From Candidatus Latescibacterota bacterium (GTDB lineage: Bacteria > Latescibacterota > UBA2968 > UBA8231), in the NCBI GenBank assembly GCA_965197905.1, contig CBDAOB010000005.1, positions 1,792,001-1,856,000 on the forward strand: a DNA stretch of 64,000 nt, read 5' to 3'. The translations under genes were made by a program, and so were the position numbers. The notes beneath the pieces were generated by a model. That model did not search any database. It saw nothing but the letters and a program-made list of their open reading frames with translations, and was not told the origin of the DNA. This document shows, one piece after another, positions 49,535-60,026 of this stretch (positions are counted from its first letter, which is position 1; each line of letters opens with the position of its first letter).

Positions 49535-52500
49535 TTATTTCACCAGGGTCATCTTGCGAATCTGCGAGAAGTCGCCGGATTCCAGACTGTAGAAATACAC
49601 TCCGGAGGATACGTCATGACCGGCTTCCGTGGTACCGTTCCACTTCATGCGGTAGGTACCCGCCTTCATCCGCTTGTCCGCCAGCGTCCGGACGGTCTGT
49701 CCGAGCTGGTTGTAGATCCGCAGCTTGACGATGCCCTCGGCGGGAATGTCGAAGCGGATCTCCGTGGACGGATTGAACGGATTCGGGAAGTTCTGATGCA
49801 GTGCTGCCACCTTCGGCAGGGCCGGAGCCTTCTTCACCTGCATCGGAGAGCCACGGAACTCGCTGTTCACCAGGTCACCGGAGATGATCTCCATTTCGCC
49901 CGGATCATCACCCATCGCGACGAAGCGCAAGGTAGCCAGGTTGGCGTTGCCGCTTGCCGACCAGCTTGCTCCAATGCGACCACCGGTCACATCGACGCGA
50001 CCCGGCTGGACGCGATGGAAGAAGAGCGATCCATGCGGGTTCTTGGCAAAGACGTCGCCTGCCGTCGCGGCCTTGTCGCCACCGATCAGCTTAACCCTGT
50101 TCGGATCGAAGCTGACGCTGAGACCGTAGGCCATGACGTCGGTCATGCCGGTGACGTTCAGGTTCACCTCGAACTCGCGGCCGGTCCACCAGGACTCAAC
50201 ATCGCTGAGACCGTTGAGCTCGACCACGGCGTTCTCGTTGTCACCGCTGGCGTAACCCCGCTTGAAGACAGGCGGAGCACCAAAGCCGTCGATACCGAAG
50301 TTCTGGCTTACGAAACCCAGATCGATGGCGTTGATGATGCCGTCGTCGTTGATATCCGATGGCGCCTGGAATCCAGCATCGGCCGGAGTCAGGTTCCACA
50401 GGCTGAAGACGAGGTTCGCGTCAGCAACATCCACCTGGTTGTCGCCCGTCGCATCGCCGCCCTTGAGGAAACCAAACGGCGTCGCCGGAGACAGGTTACC
50501 CAGGTTGTCAGACCCGAAGGTCGGATCGGCGGTCTTGGTCGTCCCGTTGAACAAGTTCAGCGTATCGGTACGACCGGAGATGTAGCCGTCGGTCTTCACC
50601 GTGATCTCGTAGATACCCGGGGGTATCTCCGTGAGGGTGAAGGTCCCGAAGGCATCGCTGACCACGTTGACCGAATCGAGTATCACAACCACGCCCGGAG
50701 CGTTGCCGGTAATGGTGCTGATGTTGCCAACCGCACCGCTGGTGCCACCCGTGACCGTCTCGCCAGTCGAAAACACGCCCGTGAGCGGGGTTCCTACCGT
50801 GAGATTGGGACTGGCAAACGCGGTGACCACGCCGGCTGCGCCGCTGGTCGTACCCGTAGCCGTCTCAGAGGCGGCAAAGGTACCAGTGATACTGGCCAAA
50901 CCTAGCGTTACCGTCGTATTGCCACCGGTCGAATCGAGCGCAACGTCGTTGGCGCGGATGAAACTCTCATCAGTTATATCCTGCGTGCTTCCGATCTCGC
51001 GCAAGTGCACATCCAGGGTGTCGCCAAAATTCGTGCGACCCTGGAGTGGCGCCGTGGCGATCACGCGAGCACGAGGCGTCAGTGTTACGACACCGTCGCG
51101 CGGTGGAGCAGCTATCTGCGTAGTTCCGTTGCGCATTCCGGTGATTCGATTGCCGCCGGAATTCCACGCCAACGTGGTGTCTGCAGGTGCACCGCCCGTG
51201 AAGCGCTTGACCAGGAGTTGCACCGTGGCGGCCACCTGGGAGCTGTCGCCCGCCACGTTGCCGATCACCTCGCCACCGATCCGGCTCTCTACGAAGTTCA
51301 GGTAGAGCCACTGGTCGGTGCCCTGTGTCGTATCGTTCTGCGCGATGGTTGCGGCACCGATGAAGGCGCCGGTCGAATCCTTGAACGGCTGCACACCCGA
51401 CGTAGCCGCATCCTGGTCGATGACCTCGAAGTGCGAACGTGGCACGTTCAGATGGAAAGCCATCAGGTCGATGCTGCTGGCCTGTGAGTTCGTCAAGACC
51501 TGGAAGTCGAGCGTATCCCCCGAGCTTGCGGTGAGAGCTGTGGGCCCGAGCTCAATACTGAAGATCGGGTCAGCCCCCTCGACACGCAGGGCTCCGGGCG
51601 CCTTGGAAAGCACGGCCGACAGAGACTGAGATCCGTTGCCAGTGGCTATCGAATCCACCGTGCCATTGACGAAGATGTCTTCACCGAACTGCGGATTCAT
51701 GCTGGCGGCGACGAAGATGTCGAACTCGGTTGGCGTCCCGATTATCTTGAAGGACGTCGTCTTCGTATCCCACAGGAAGAAATTCTCGTCGCTTTCACGA
51801 ATCCGCTGGATCTTCAGTGAAGTGGAGCCCGTGTAATCCTCGATCTGGGCACCAGCAGCGTTTACGTTCGTGCCGTCCAGGCTATTGATGAGAAACACGT
51901 CACCATTGCCTGCACCAGCATTGGTTTCCAATTGAGTAATTGTGGTGTACTTGTTTTTCGGTGCCGCATAGAGACGCAGGTAGGCGTCATCCGTGCCCGT
52001 GCCATCGTCGATCAGGAAAGCATCCCATTCGAGACGGATCACGTCGCCGTTGATGAGCGTCTGCCCGGACTCGGGCGGCGTCTTCATGGTTACACGTGGC
52101 AACTGGGAAGCAGGGCTCGTACCACTGCCTTGCAGCAGCACGGCACCACCCCCCTGCACCCGCGTGTTACCAAGGGTATCTGCCATGACGGCGTAGACCC
52201 ACGCCGTGTCCACCGTGGAGCCAACCTGGAGATATTCGGATTGTTGGCATTCGACGGGGCCCCGCTTGGGCTGCCCCTGAACGTCTTGGGCAACTCGCCG
52301 GGCGGGTTACGGAAATCCCAGACGAACTGGTCTCCGGCACCCTCGTCGTCCTCGCGGATACCGCCCTGGATCAAGACAGCGTTTCCAGGATTAGTGCCAC
52401 TGGTTGCCACCAGTTGCGTCGAATCGGTCCCAGAGTAATCCACAGTGGTCGGATCGATGCCGGTGTAGTAGAGAGCAATTATGGCATTTCCATCCAGGTC

Positions 52501-55500
52501 GCGATCGGAACGTCCGCGCTGCCATTCGATGGTATACTGGAACTGCGCGCCCGTGCTGATCGGTATGGTCAGGCCCTCCAACGGCGAGGTAAACTCGAAC
52601 GAGGGACCATGCCGCACGGCCAGAGGCTGACTGGAGACACCCACTGCAAAGGTGTCTTCGTCGGCCACAACCGCGTAGAGGAAGTAGGCGCTCTGTGCGA
52701 TAATCGAGTCTTGACCACTACCCTGAGCGGTGACGTCGAAATCGAACTCGATATCTTCGTCGGTGCGCAAGGTATCGGACAACTGCATCTCGGTCGCTCC
52801 CGTCAATGCTAGGGTCTGGTTCGGGAACGTGCCGGTAATTAGAGCATTGGCATTGGTCAACGCGCTCGACGTCGAGAAGAAGAGACGAACCTGAGCATTG
52901 TCGTCATAGTCGACCAATTGGAAATCGATGTTGTACGGATTGGTCTTGGCGGCGACATCGAATTCGCCCGTATCCACCGTATCGGTTGCCACTGGCTCAA
53001 GCGACTTGACGAGCGGAATGTGGCGAACTCGCAAGGCGCCGTCACTTACGGCGAACACGGCTGGATTGACCAGATCGTCACCCACCACGTAGATGAAGTA
53101 GGTGCCATCTGGGACCTTGGTCAGCGCTGCAAAGCCCAGAGCCTGCAACGTTGCACCCGGATCATCCCAGGTGTAGGTCTGCACGTTGGTGCCGGAGGAA
53201 CCTTCGACGAAGTCCGCCGTGCCGCTCGCTGCATTTACAGAGGTGTCATCCTGCTCGTCGACGATTAAGGTCGCAAACGTGCGGATATCCTGGACGTTGC
53301 TCAAACCGTTGTCGGTGTAGAAGTAGAGCTCCATCTGGAGACCCGCTGCCGGCGTGGAAACGTTGTCGTCGGAGTCGAAGAGCACGTACCGAATGCTCTG
53401 GGTCTCGTTGGCGAACCCACCCGCGCCGAGAGTGCTGGCATCCGGTTCCACAACCTGTACCACCGGCGCTACGTTGGCAGCAGCGATGTCTATGTCGGCA
53501 CTCAGCTGGAAGAAGCTTCCCAGAGGCGGCGAGAGGGTTGATACCAGTCCTCTAGCCTGTTGAGTATGAAGTACGTTGGCAACTTGGCCCTGAGCCCCAT
53601 ATATAGGATTTGTGGTTTTTCCTATAAGGTCGATGCTCTGAGAGACGTTAGGGGTCGATGTAGCAGAATTGGATGCCGAGCTCGCGCGAATGACAAACAG
53701 GTTGTCACTGCTACCTGCGTCCAGCACATTCAACTTTACGAGCAGGCCATTCTTATCGGTATCGTCGCCCCACTCGCCGAAGTTGCTGCTTCCATCATCG
53801 TCGGCGAGGCCTTCCCAATTACCGTTGTCATTCTGTGCTTCTACCTGGTTGGACGCTCCCTTGAACACGCCCGTAGCAGAGGCCGGAGTCAGTGATGCCA
53901 CCCCCATGGAGGATAACCCAATGGTCACCCAACGGCCGGTGAGGAATCCACCCGGAGCAGAGGAGGAGCCAGGTGTGGCGCCGCCGATTCCGGATCCATT
54001 CGAATTGTCGGCGACCGTTACTGGAATCATGTTCTCCAGCGACGCAGTTTGGGGGTGTACCGGGTTGTAGGTCAGTATGTACTGGTTTCCCCCTACCGGG
54101 ATCGATCGGTCTTCGAAACTAAGGGCGCGACCGATGACCTTGAAGAACGGCTGCGGCGCTATGCTGCCCATACTCTTGGCCGAATAGCCTCTACCCGAGT
54201 TATCGGCGGCAGCTTGATTGAGAATGTCCGTGCCTGAATTCATAGGCGACCCGCCCACAAAAGAGAGGTAGACGTTGTTGTCGCCCGATCTCATAGAAAT
54301 CTTGGGGGCAAACAGGTCGCGGAACTTGACCCCGACGCCGTCGTCAAAACGGCCCGTACCAGTAGTGTTCATTCCAGTAGCCACAACGGTCGGCAACTCC
54401 CATTCTACGCCGTTGAAACGGCTGTAGTAGAGAGAGTTCGCCTGACCCGAGCTGCCGGCTCCAAAAACCGCAGCGGTCGCAGCCCTCAGTGTTTTTGTGG
54501 AAAGACCACCGGAAAACACGACATGCAGATCGCCCCGCGTCGATAGACGGTCATCGACGACCGCGGCGATCCGGTCCACGAAACCCCAGTGCTGCTCGAT
54601 CTGCCACTTGGAGTTGTTCATGAATAGTTGGCCGGAACTGACAACTTCGCCCGTTATACCCGCTCCTTGCGGGAAAGCGAAGCTCTGCGTAGTCGGCCAG
54701 CCACCGCCGGGTCCGATTACACCGTCGTAGGCGTAGAAGTTGTAAGCGATATTCTCGTCTTCGAAGGTTGTAGCGGCCGAAGCATCGGTGTATTTCCACA
54801 AGGCATATATACGGTCGGGGGTTCGTTGCCGATCAACCACCACCGTGGGGAAGAGATGCACGCCGCGCCCGGCGCCGGCTGCCCCCGTATCGGCGCCTTC
54901 CAAGGATCGGTCGGAGCTGCCCGCTACGTAACCCGCTGCGGGAGATCCACCGAAGTTGGTGTTCGTCATATCGTCGGCGAACGTACCAACCAGGGTACCT
55001 CGCTGACCTTGATCCCATCCACTGGCACCTACCTGATCCCAGAGAGTCGCCGGGACCGATTTGTGCACGATACGGTCGTCAGTGGCGGCGGCGGCGTGGG
55101 TCTGGTACCATACGACATGAAGAACATCGTCGTCGCCCACGGCAATGTCAGGCGTGAGACCGCGGACCGCATCCCGGTCGATGCGGACGCCGCCACGACT
55201 GCTTGTCTGTCCGGTAGATCCGATGGTGACGGCCTGCGCCGAACCTAGCTGCAGACTGTCGTTGTCGATCTTAGCCAGAATGACGTCGTTGGCCACAGAG
55301 AGTGCTGCAACATCCTGCATCTGGCGGTTGTAGACGACAAAAATATCGTCGGTGGAGGTGACGGCCATTCTGGGAAAGCCAGTTTTCCGTGCCGAGACGG
55401 TTGCCGTGTCATTCAAGACAACCGCGTTGTTGGCCGGCAGCCAGGAGCTACCGCCGTCGTTCGAATAGTTAAAATAGATATTGTTGTACGCATTGATGGA

Positions 55501-56136
55501 GCGCCCGCCCGCAATAACTGCAGCGTTTGTGATGGTTTGATTGTCGCGCCCATACCCCCCGAGACCATCCGGAGAATTGTCCATCGCGTAGACTACGCGA
55601 GGATTACCCTTGCTGTTGATGACGATGTCGAGCGTCGAGAACCCGCCCGTTCCGGACAGGTTGGGCGTGAGCATATCGAAACGCAACGTGCCCGATACGG
55701 ATACGGTGTCAGAAAACGTCTTGCCGCCGTCCAGACTCTTAGCATAAACGACGCCGTAGACGGGCGTTGAGGTTGAAACCGAAAAATCCGCGATACCGCG
55801 CTGCTGAACCCAGGCGCGGTGAATGATCCCGTTGTTGTCGATGGCCATGGCCTGATCCATATACGCCGCTTCGCTTGCGGTACTGAAAAAGCCTTGTGCC
55901 TGTTCGACTTTCTGGAAATTGCCAATGACCGGGTAGGTCTCATTGGCCGACTCGCTCAAATCGACAAGAATGCTGATATCCTTGTCGGACGCAAACGAGG
56001 TTTTGGTCGTGCTGTCAGAGGGGGAAAATCCCACTGGCGTCTGATTTTCGAAAACCGGCTGGGCAAAGGCATTCGTACCCAGAGCGATCGCGAAAACGAC
56101 CATCAGCGTTTGAAAAGACTTAAGCCTTAAGCTCAT
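49535..56136 (-). CDS. Giant (~2200 aa) secreted surface/S-layer-like protein with Asp-box region, internal beta-sandwich repeats, cohesin-like domains, dockerin and T9SS-type/FlgD-Ig C-terminal domain (1-nt frameshift near 52230)
   Basis: AGGAG RBS and MSLRLKS...NAFAQ signal; SLDGGKTF and SNDGGSSW Asp-boxes; GDATGDNQVDVAD...SDINDDGIINAIDL dockerin; QNFPNPFNPST...SSGVYFY...KMTLVK. The two ORFs join by one base at NPN(I)LQVGSTVDTAW. Confidence 0.8.
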
Positions 56137-56600
56137 AACCAAGCACTCCTTCCGTGGACACAACTTACAATTGCTGAAAGCGAAAAAGTCTACGACGGCC
56201 CCAGTTGATTTCCCTATCCCCTGTGGGCCCATCATCTATCGACTTACGTGCCCGCCCCCACGGGCACAATTAGTTCAAAAAGTGGTTTTGTGAGACCTTA
56301 CTCACCTCCTGTGCATTTTTCACGATTGATGAAATAACGTGCTGTTTTTCTGTCATTTATGTATATCGCACACACGGTTCTCCCGCGTTGAACGAATCCT
56401 TACTCCTACTTATCGGCAGTGGGTCTTGGGAACTTCAAGATTATTTTGCCCGTTAAGTCGCCGATCCAGTTATCAGGTACTATGCCGTTTTTTAGCATTG
56501 GGCCGCAAATCCGATTCAGTTTCGAGGGTTTGCGGTAATAGCTACCTATATCGGCAGCCCACCCTGATTAGTTGAGCGCCGTCTGCGAATAGCCGCACCC

Positions 56601-56629
56601 TTGCGACATTGCCTGCCCCCCGTTATTAT
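56601..56629 (+). promoter_or_regulatory. Putative sigma70 promoter facing rpsT
   Basis: TTGCGA-N17-TATTAT; would imply a ~340-nt leader or a small RNA. Confidence 0.35.
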
Positions 56630-56972
56630 TACCGCCTCCAAAGAAAGGTTGTGGAGCCGACCCCTTTAAGAGTTGCCGGCTCCACCCTCGCTTTCAGACC
56701 AAGTTGTGCCCCAGGTTGTGGTTTCTCGAGCGCTTCACGCCTGATTACGCCGCTTGGGGGAGCGAAAGCGGGCGGACTGCGCTCGCACTTTGATGGGACT
56801 ATAAACTTGTCGCTGCCCTTCTAAGCAAGCATCGTACCACGCTCAGGGGCTGGAGCATTAACAGATCTTTTAACTTGTTGTGGAACAGGCGATTCGCAAA
56901 ATCACCTGAACCACCGACCTCAGTAACGTCGAGGAAGATTTTGCCTTACTTTTTTACGTTTGGAGAGCGACT

Positions 56973-57227
56973 TTGCCTAAACTGAAATCTTCCAAAAAGC
57001 GGCTTCGGACCAACCTCAAAGCAAGATTAAAGAACAAGGCGATACGCTCGAGGATGCGAACCGCTATCAAGTCTGTGCGAGAAGCTGAGGACAAGGAAAC
57101 GGCTGCTGGCGCGTTGCAAACCGCCGTCTCCCTGATAGACAAAACGGCGCAAAAGAAGGTCATCCACCCGAATATGGCCGCACGTTACAAGTCAAATCTG
57201 ACCCGAATGGTCCAGAAAATGGACTGA
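56973..57227 (+). CDS. rpsT: 30S ribosomal protein S20
   Basis: MPKLKSSKKRLR...SRMRTAIK...IDKTAQKKVIHPNMAARYKS; GGAG RBS, TTG start. Confidence 0.97.
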   Translation: MPKLKSSKKRLRTNLKARLKNKAIRSRMRTAIKSVREAEDKETAAGALQTAVSLIDKTAQKKVIHPNMAARYKSNLTRMVQKMD

Positions 57228-57253
57228 TTGCACCCGCCAACCGATTGAATAAC

Positions 57254-57287
57254 GCCCGCCTGCTCTTATCGAGCAGCGGGCTTTTTT
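57254..57287 (+). terminator. Rho-independent terminator after rpsT
   Basis: GCCCGCCTGCTC-TTATC-GAGCAGCGGGC followed by TTTTTT. Confidence 0.75.
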
Positions 57288-57289
57288 CT

Positions 57290-58954
57290 ATGAGCCCGAA
57301 CCGCAGACCCGAGGTGTTTCTCATTTTTGTGGTGGCTGCGGTTGTTCTCGTCTATCTCGGCAGCCTCGACAACAGCTTCCATTACGACGACGGCCACTCG
57401 ATCCAGCGCAATCCCCACATTCGAGATCTGGCCAACCTACCGCGTTTTTTCACAGATACGTCGCTCTTCTCCGAAAATCCGGAGTACGCCATGTATCGAC
57501 CGCTGGTGCTGACCTCTCATGCGCTCAATTACGCTTTGGGAGGGCCCGATCCATCGGGGTATATTGCGCTGAACCTCGCTATTCACACCGCAGCTACCGC
57601 GCTCGCTTTCCTTGTCCTCCTTCAGCTGGGGGGAGGGTTGTACGGCGCAACCTTGGGCGCCCTCCTGTTCGGTTTCCACCCGGTTCACAGTGAGGTAATC
57701 AACTTCGTCAGCGCCCGCTCGGAGTCGCTCGCCGCCGGGTTCATGCTGCTCTCGTTTGCGGCTTACATGAGAGCTACTCAATCCGGAGGGTCGAGGATAG
57801 CAGTGTCATCGAAGGGGTACCGAGCCCTCTCCGTTTTGGCCTTCGGCTTGGGGTTGTTGTGCAAGGCGACCGCCATTGCGCTGCCTGCCCTTTTGATCGT
57901 GTATGCGTGGCTCCGTCATCCAAAAGGCTGGAATTGGCGCGACCTGGCTCGAGTCCAGCTCGCCTACTGGGCCGTCACCGCGCTGTATGTGGCAACATAC
58001 CTCTTCTTCTCGTCGCAGAGCGTCGGAAGAGCCGGCGAGGTACGGAGTGCGACGTCCCAAATCGCGACGCAGGCTAAGGCGATCGTCCACTACATTAAAC
58101 TTTCCATAATGCCCACGGAGCTGACCATATATCACCAGTTTTTCATCTCCGATTCGCTCGCAGAATGGGCCCCGTTTCTCGGCCTTCTTGCGGGGCTCAG
58201 CCTCGCGCTAATGTTTGTTGTCTTGTGTAGGACAAACTGGCTGGCCAGCTTCGGTTGCGCCTGGTTTGTCATCACCCTGTTTCCAACGTTAGCAGTGCCT
58301 CTAAACCTGGCCGTGAACGACCACAGACTCTACCTGGCTTTGTTGGGTCCGGTGATCACGTTGACTGCGTTGTGCAGGGATCGTCGCTTCGCCATTTGGG
58401 CAGTAGCGGCCGCCGCCGTCTTCGGCCTCCTGTCCGCCAAACAAGATGTCGTGTGGCAGGATGAGCTGAGCCTTTGGGACCATGCCGCCAAGCGCGCACC
58501 GCTCATGCCCGAAGCGCACTACAATCTGGCGGTTGAATACCACGAGGTGGGAGATCTGCAGATCGCGCGACTTTCATACGAGGCCGCGGTTGGACTTGAT
58601 GCGACCTACGAGGAGGCACAGGCCAATCTGGCTTCGATCTATCGTGCTGCCGGTGAGCTGGAAAAGGCGGAGTCGGCGCTAAAAGCCGCGCTTCAAGCTG
58701 AACCTGATCTTCCAGGAGCTCTCAACAGCCTTGGTTTGCTGCTGATGGACAAGGGGCAGTTAGAGCGTGCCGAGCAGGTTTTTCTGCAGATTCTGGCTTC
58801 GGACCCTGAGGTGGCCGAGGCACATTTCAATTTGGGACTGATCTACCGGGACCAGGGAAAGAAGGATCTGGCCGTTGAATATCTGAAACGAGCCGTAGCT
58901 TTGAAACCGGAACTAAAAACGTCGACCCTGCGAGCTCCGTCAATTCAGCGATAG
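57290..58954 (+). CDS. TMTC-like GT-C glycosyltransferase with short TPR tail, paralog 10
   Basis: FHYDDGHSI, MYRPLV, HSEVINFVSARSE, PLNLAVNDHRLY, ~4 TPRs; start set at ATG 57290. Confidence 0.85.
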   Translation: MSPNRRPEVFLIFVVAAVVLVYLGSLDNSFHYDDGHSIQRNPHIRDLANLPRFFTDTSLFSENPEYAMYRPLVLTSHALNYALGGPDPSGYIALNLAIHTAATALAFLVLLQLGGGLYGATLGALLFGFHPVHSEVINFVSARSESLAAGFMLLSFAAYMRATQSGGSRIAVSSKGYRALSVLAFGLGLLCKATAIALPALLIVYAWLRHPKGWNWRDLARVQLAYWAVTALYVATYLFFSSQSVGRAGEVRSATSQIATQAKAIVHYIKLSIMPTELTIYHQFFISDSLAEWAPFLGLLAGLSLALMFVVLCRTNWLASFGCAWFVITLFPTLAVPLNLAVNDHRLYLALLGPVITLTALCRDRRFAIWAVAAAAVFGLLSAKQDVVWQDELSLWDHAAKRAPLMPEAHYNLAVEYHEVGDLQIARLSYEAAVGLDATYEEAQANLASIYRAAGELEKAESALKAALQAEPDLPGALNSLGLLLMDKGQLERAEQVFLQILASDPEVAEAHFNLGLIYRDQGKKDLAVEYLKRAVALKPELKTSTLRAPSIQR

Positions 58955-59108
58955 GGGACCAGGTACCCGGCCCAGTCTGCCAAAAATAGAAGCGAAGGCT
59001 GGCAACCGCCCGGCGAACAGGGAAACCAACAGCTTCAGGCTAAGGGAATGGAAAATGTGGTTGTTGAGATCAGAATAGGTGGTCGGAATCTCGCGAGGGG
59101 CGGGGCAG

Positions 59109-60026
59109 TTACTCGAAGGCTCGAGTACTGAGGTAACGGAGCCCGCTGTCGCAGAGAATGGTGGCCACCCTCTTGCCGGTCCCTAACTCCGCCGCAACCT
59201 CGCACGCCTTGAAGACGTTGGCACCCGCGGAAATACCCACCAGTAGTCCTTCCTCCCGCGCTAGGCGACGAGTCATGTCGTAGGCGTCGTCGTCGCTAAT
59301 GGTGCGCACCTCGTCGATGAGCGAGCGGTCGAGGATATCCGGAACGAATCCGGCGCCGATCCCCTCGATGTAACTGAATCCAGGATTTCCTCCCGACAGG
59401 ACGGGCGAGCCCTCCGGCTCAACGGCAACCACGCGCACCGCCGGAATCGCCTCTTTGAGCACCATTCCAACCCCGGTGAGCGAACCACCGGTACCCACTC
59501 CCGCCACCAGCGCATCGATCTGCCCATCCATCTGCTCGAGAAGCTCGGGGCCGGTGGTGCGTCGGTGAATCTCCGGATTGGCGGGGTTCATGAACTGCTG
59601 CGGCAGGAAATATTCGGGGTGCTCTTGCTTAAGCTTCAACGCCCGTTCGATGGCGCCGCGCATCCCCTCGTCTGAGGGGGTAAGCAGAACCTCCGCTCCA
59701 TAGGCCTGAATCTGCAGCCGGCGCTCCCGGCTTGCGGTGTCGAACATGGTAATGATGAGGCGATACCCCTTGATCGCCGCAACCATCGCCAGGCCAATCC
59801 CGGTATTGCCGCTGGTGGGCTCGACGATTGTGCCGCCAGGTTTCAACGCCCCGGCTTCTTCGGCTGCCTCGACCATGGCGAGGGCGATGCGATCTTTGAC
59901 ACTTCCGGCAGGATTTGCCGACTCCAGTTTCGCCCAGACCTCGGCGGTTTCGTTTCCAACCACCTGGTTCAAGCGCACGATCGGCGTGGCACCGATAAGA
60001 TCCAGCGCGTTGTTGGCCCGTTTCAT
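59109..60026 (-). CDS. cysK: Cysteine synthase (O-acetylserine sulfhydrylase family, PLP-dependent)
   Basis: IGATPIVRL, NPAGSVKDRIA, EPTSGNTG, QQFMNPAN, GVGTGGS, IEGIGAGF, CDSGLRYLST. Confidence 0.9.
   Translation of the reverse strand: MKRANNALDLIGATPIVRLNQVVGNETAEVWAKLESANPAGSVKDRIALAMVEAAEEAGALKPGGTIVEPTSGNTGIGLAMVAAIKGYRLIITMFDTASRERRLQIQAYGAEVLLTPSDEGMRGAIERALKLKQEHPEYFLPQQFMNPANPEIHRRTTGPELLEQMDGQIDALVAGVGTGGSLTGVGMVLKEAIPAVRVVAVEPEGSPVLSGGNPGFSYIEGIGAGFVPDILDRSLIDEVRTISDDDAYDMTRRLAREEGLLVGISAGANVFKACEVAAELGTGKRVATILCDSGLRYLSTRAFE

Noticed and set aside
49616..51305. Long plus-strand ORFs (429 aa, 224 aa) and many other short alternative-frame ORFs across the window
   Set aside because: They lie antisense to or overlap well-supported genes and have no motifs; shadow ORFs are expected from GC-rich codon bias.
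46366..56136. Cellulosome
   Set aside because: Cohesin/dockerin modules are present, but no glycoside hydrolase or CBM was recognised.
56238..56254. Second sigma54 promoter upstream of the giant gene (GGCACGTAAGTCGA)
   Set aside because: The -12 element is TCGA rather than TTGC, and the GGCAC is part of an inverted repeat.
56625..56636. ops/JUMPStart antitermination element for the long minus-strand operon
   Set aside because: GGCGGTAATAAT only partly matches GGCGGTAGnnTG, and a terminator and internal promoters intervene.
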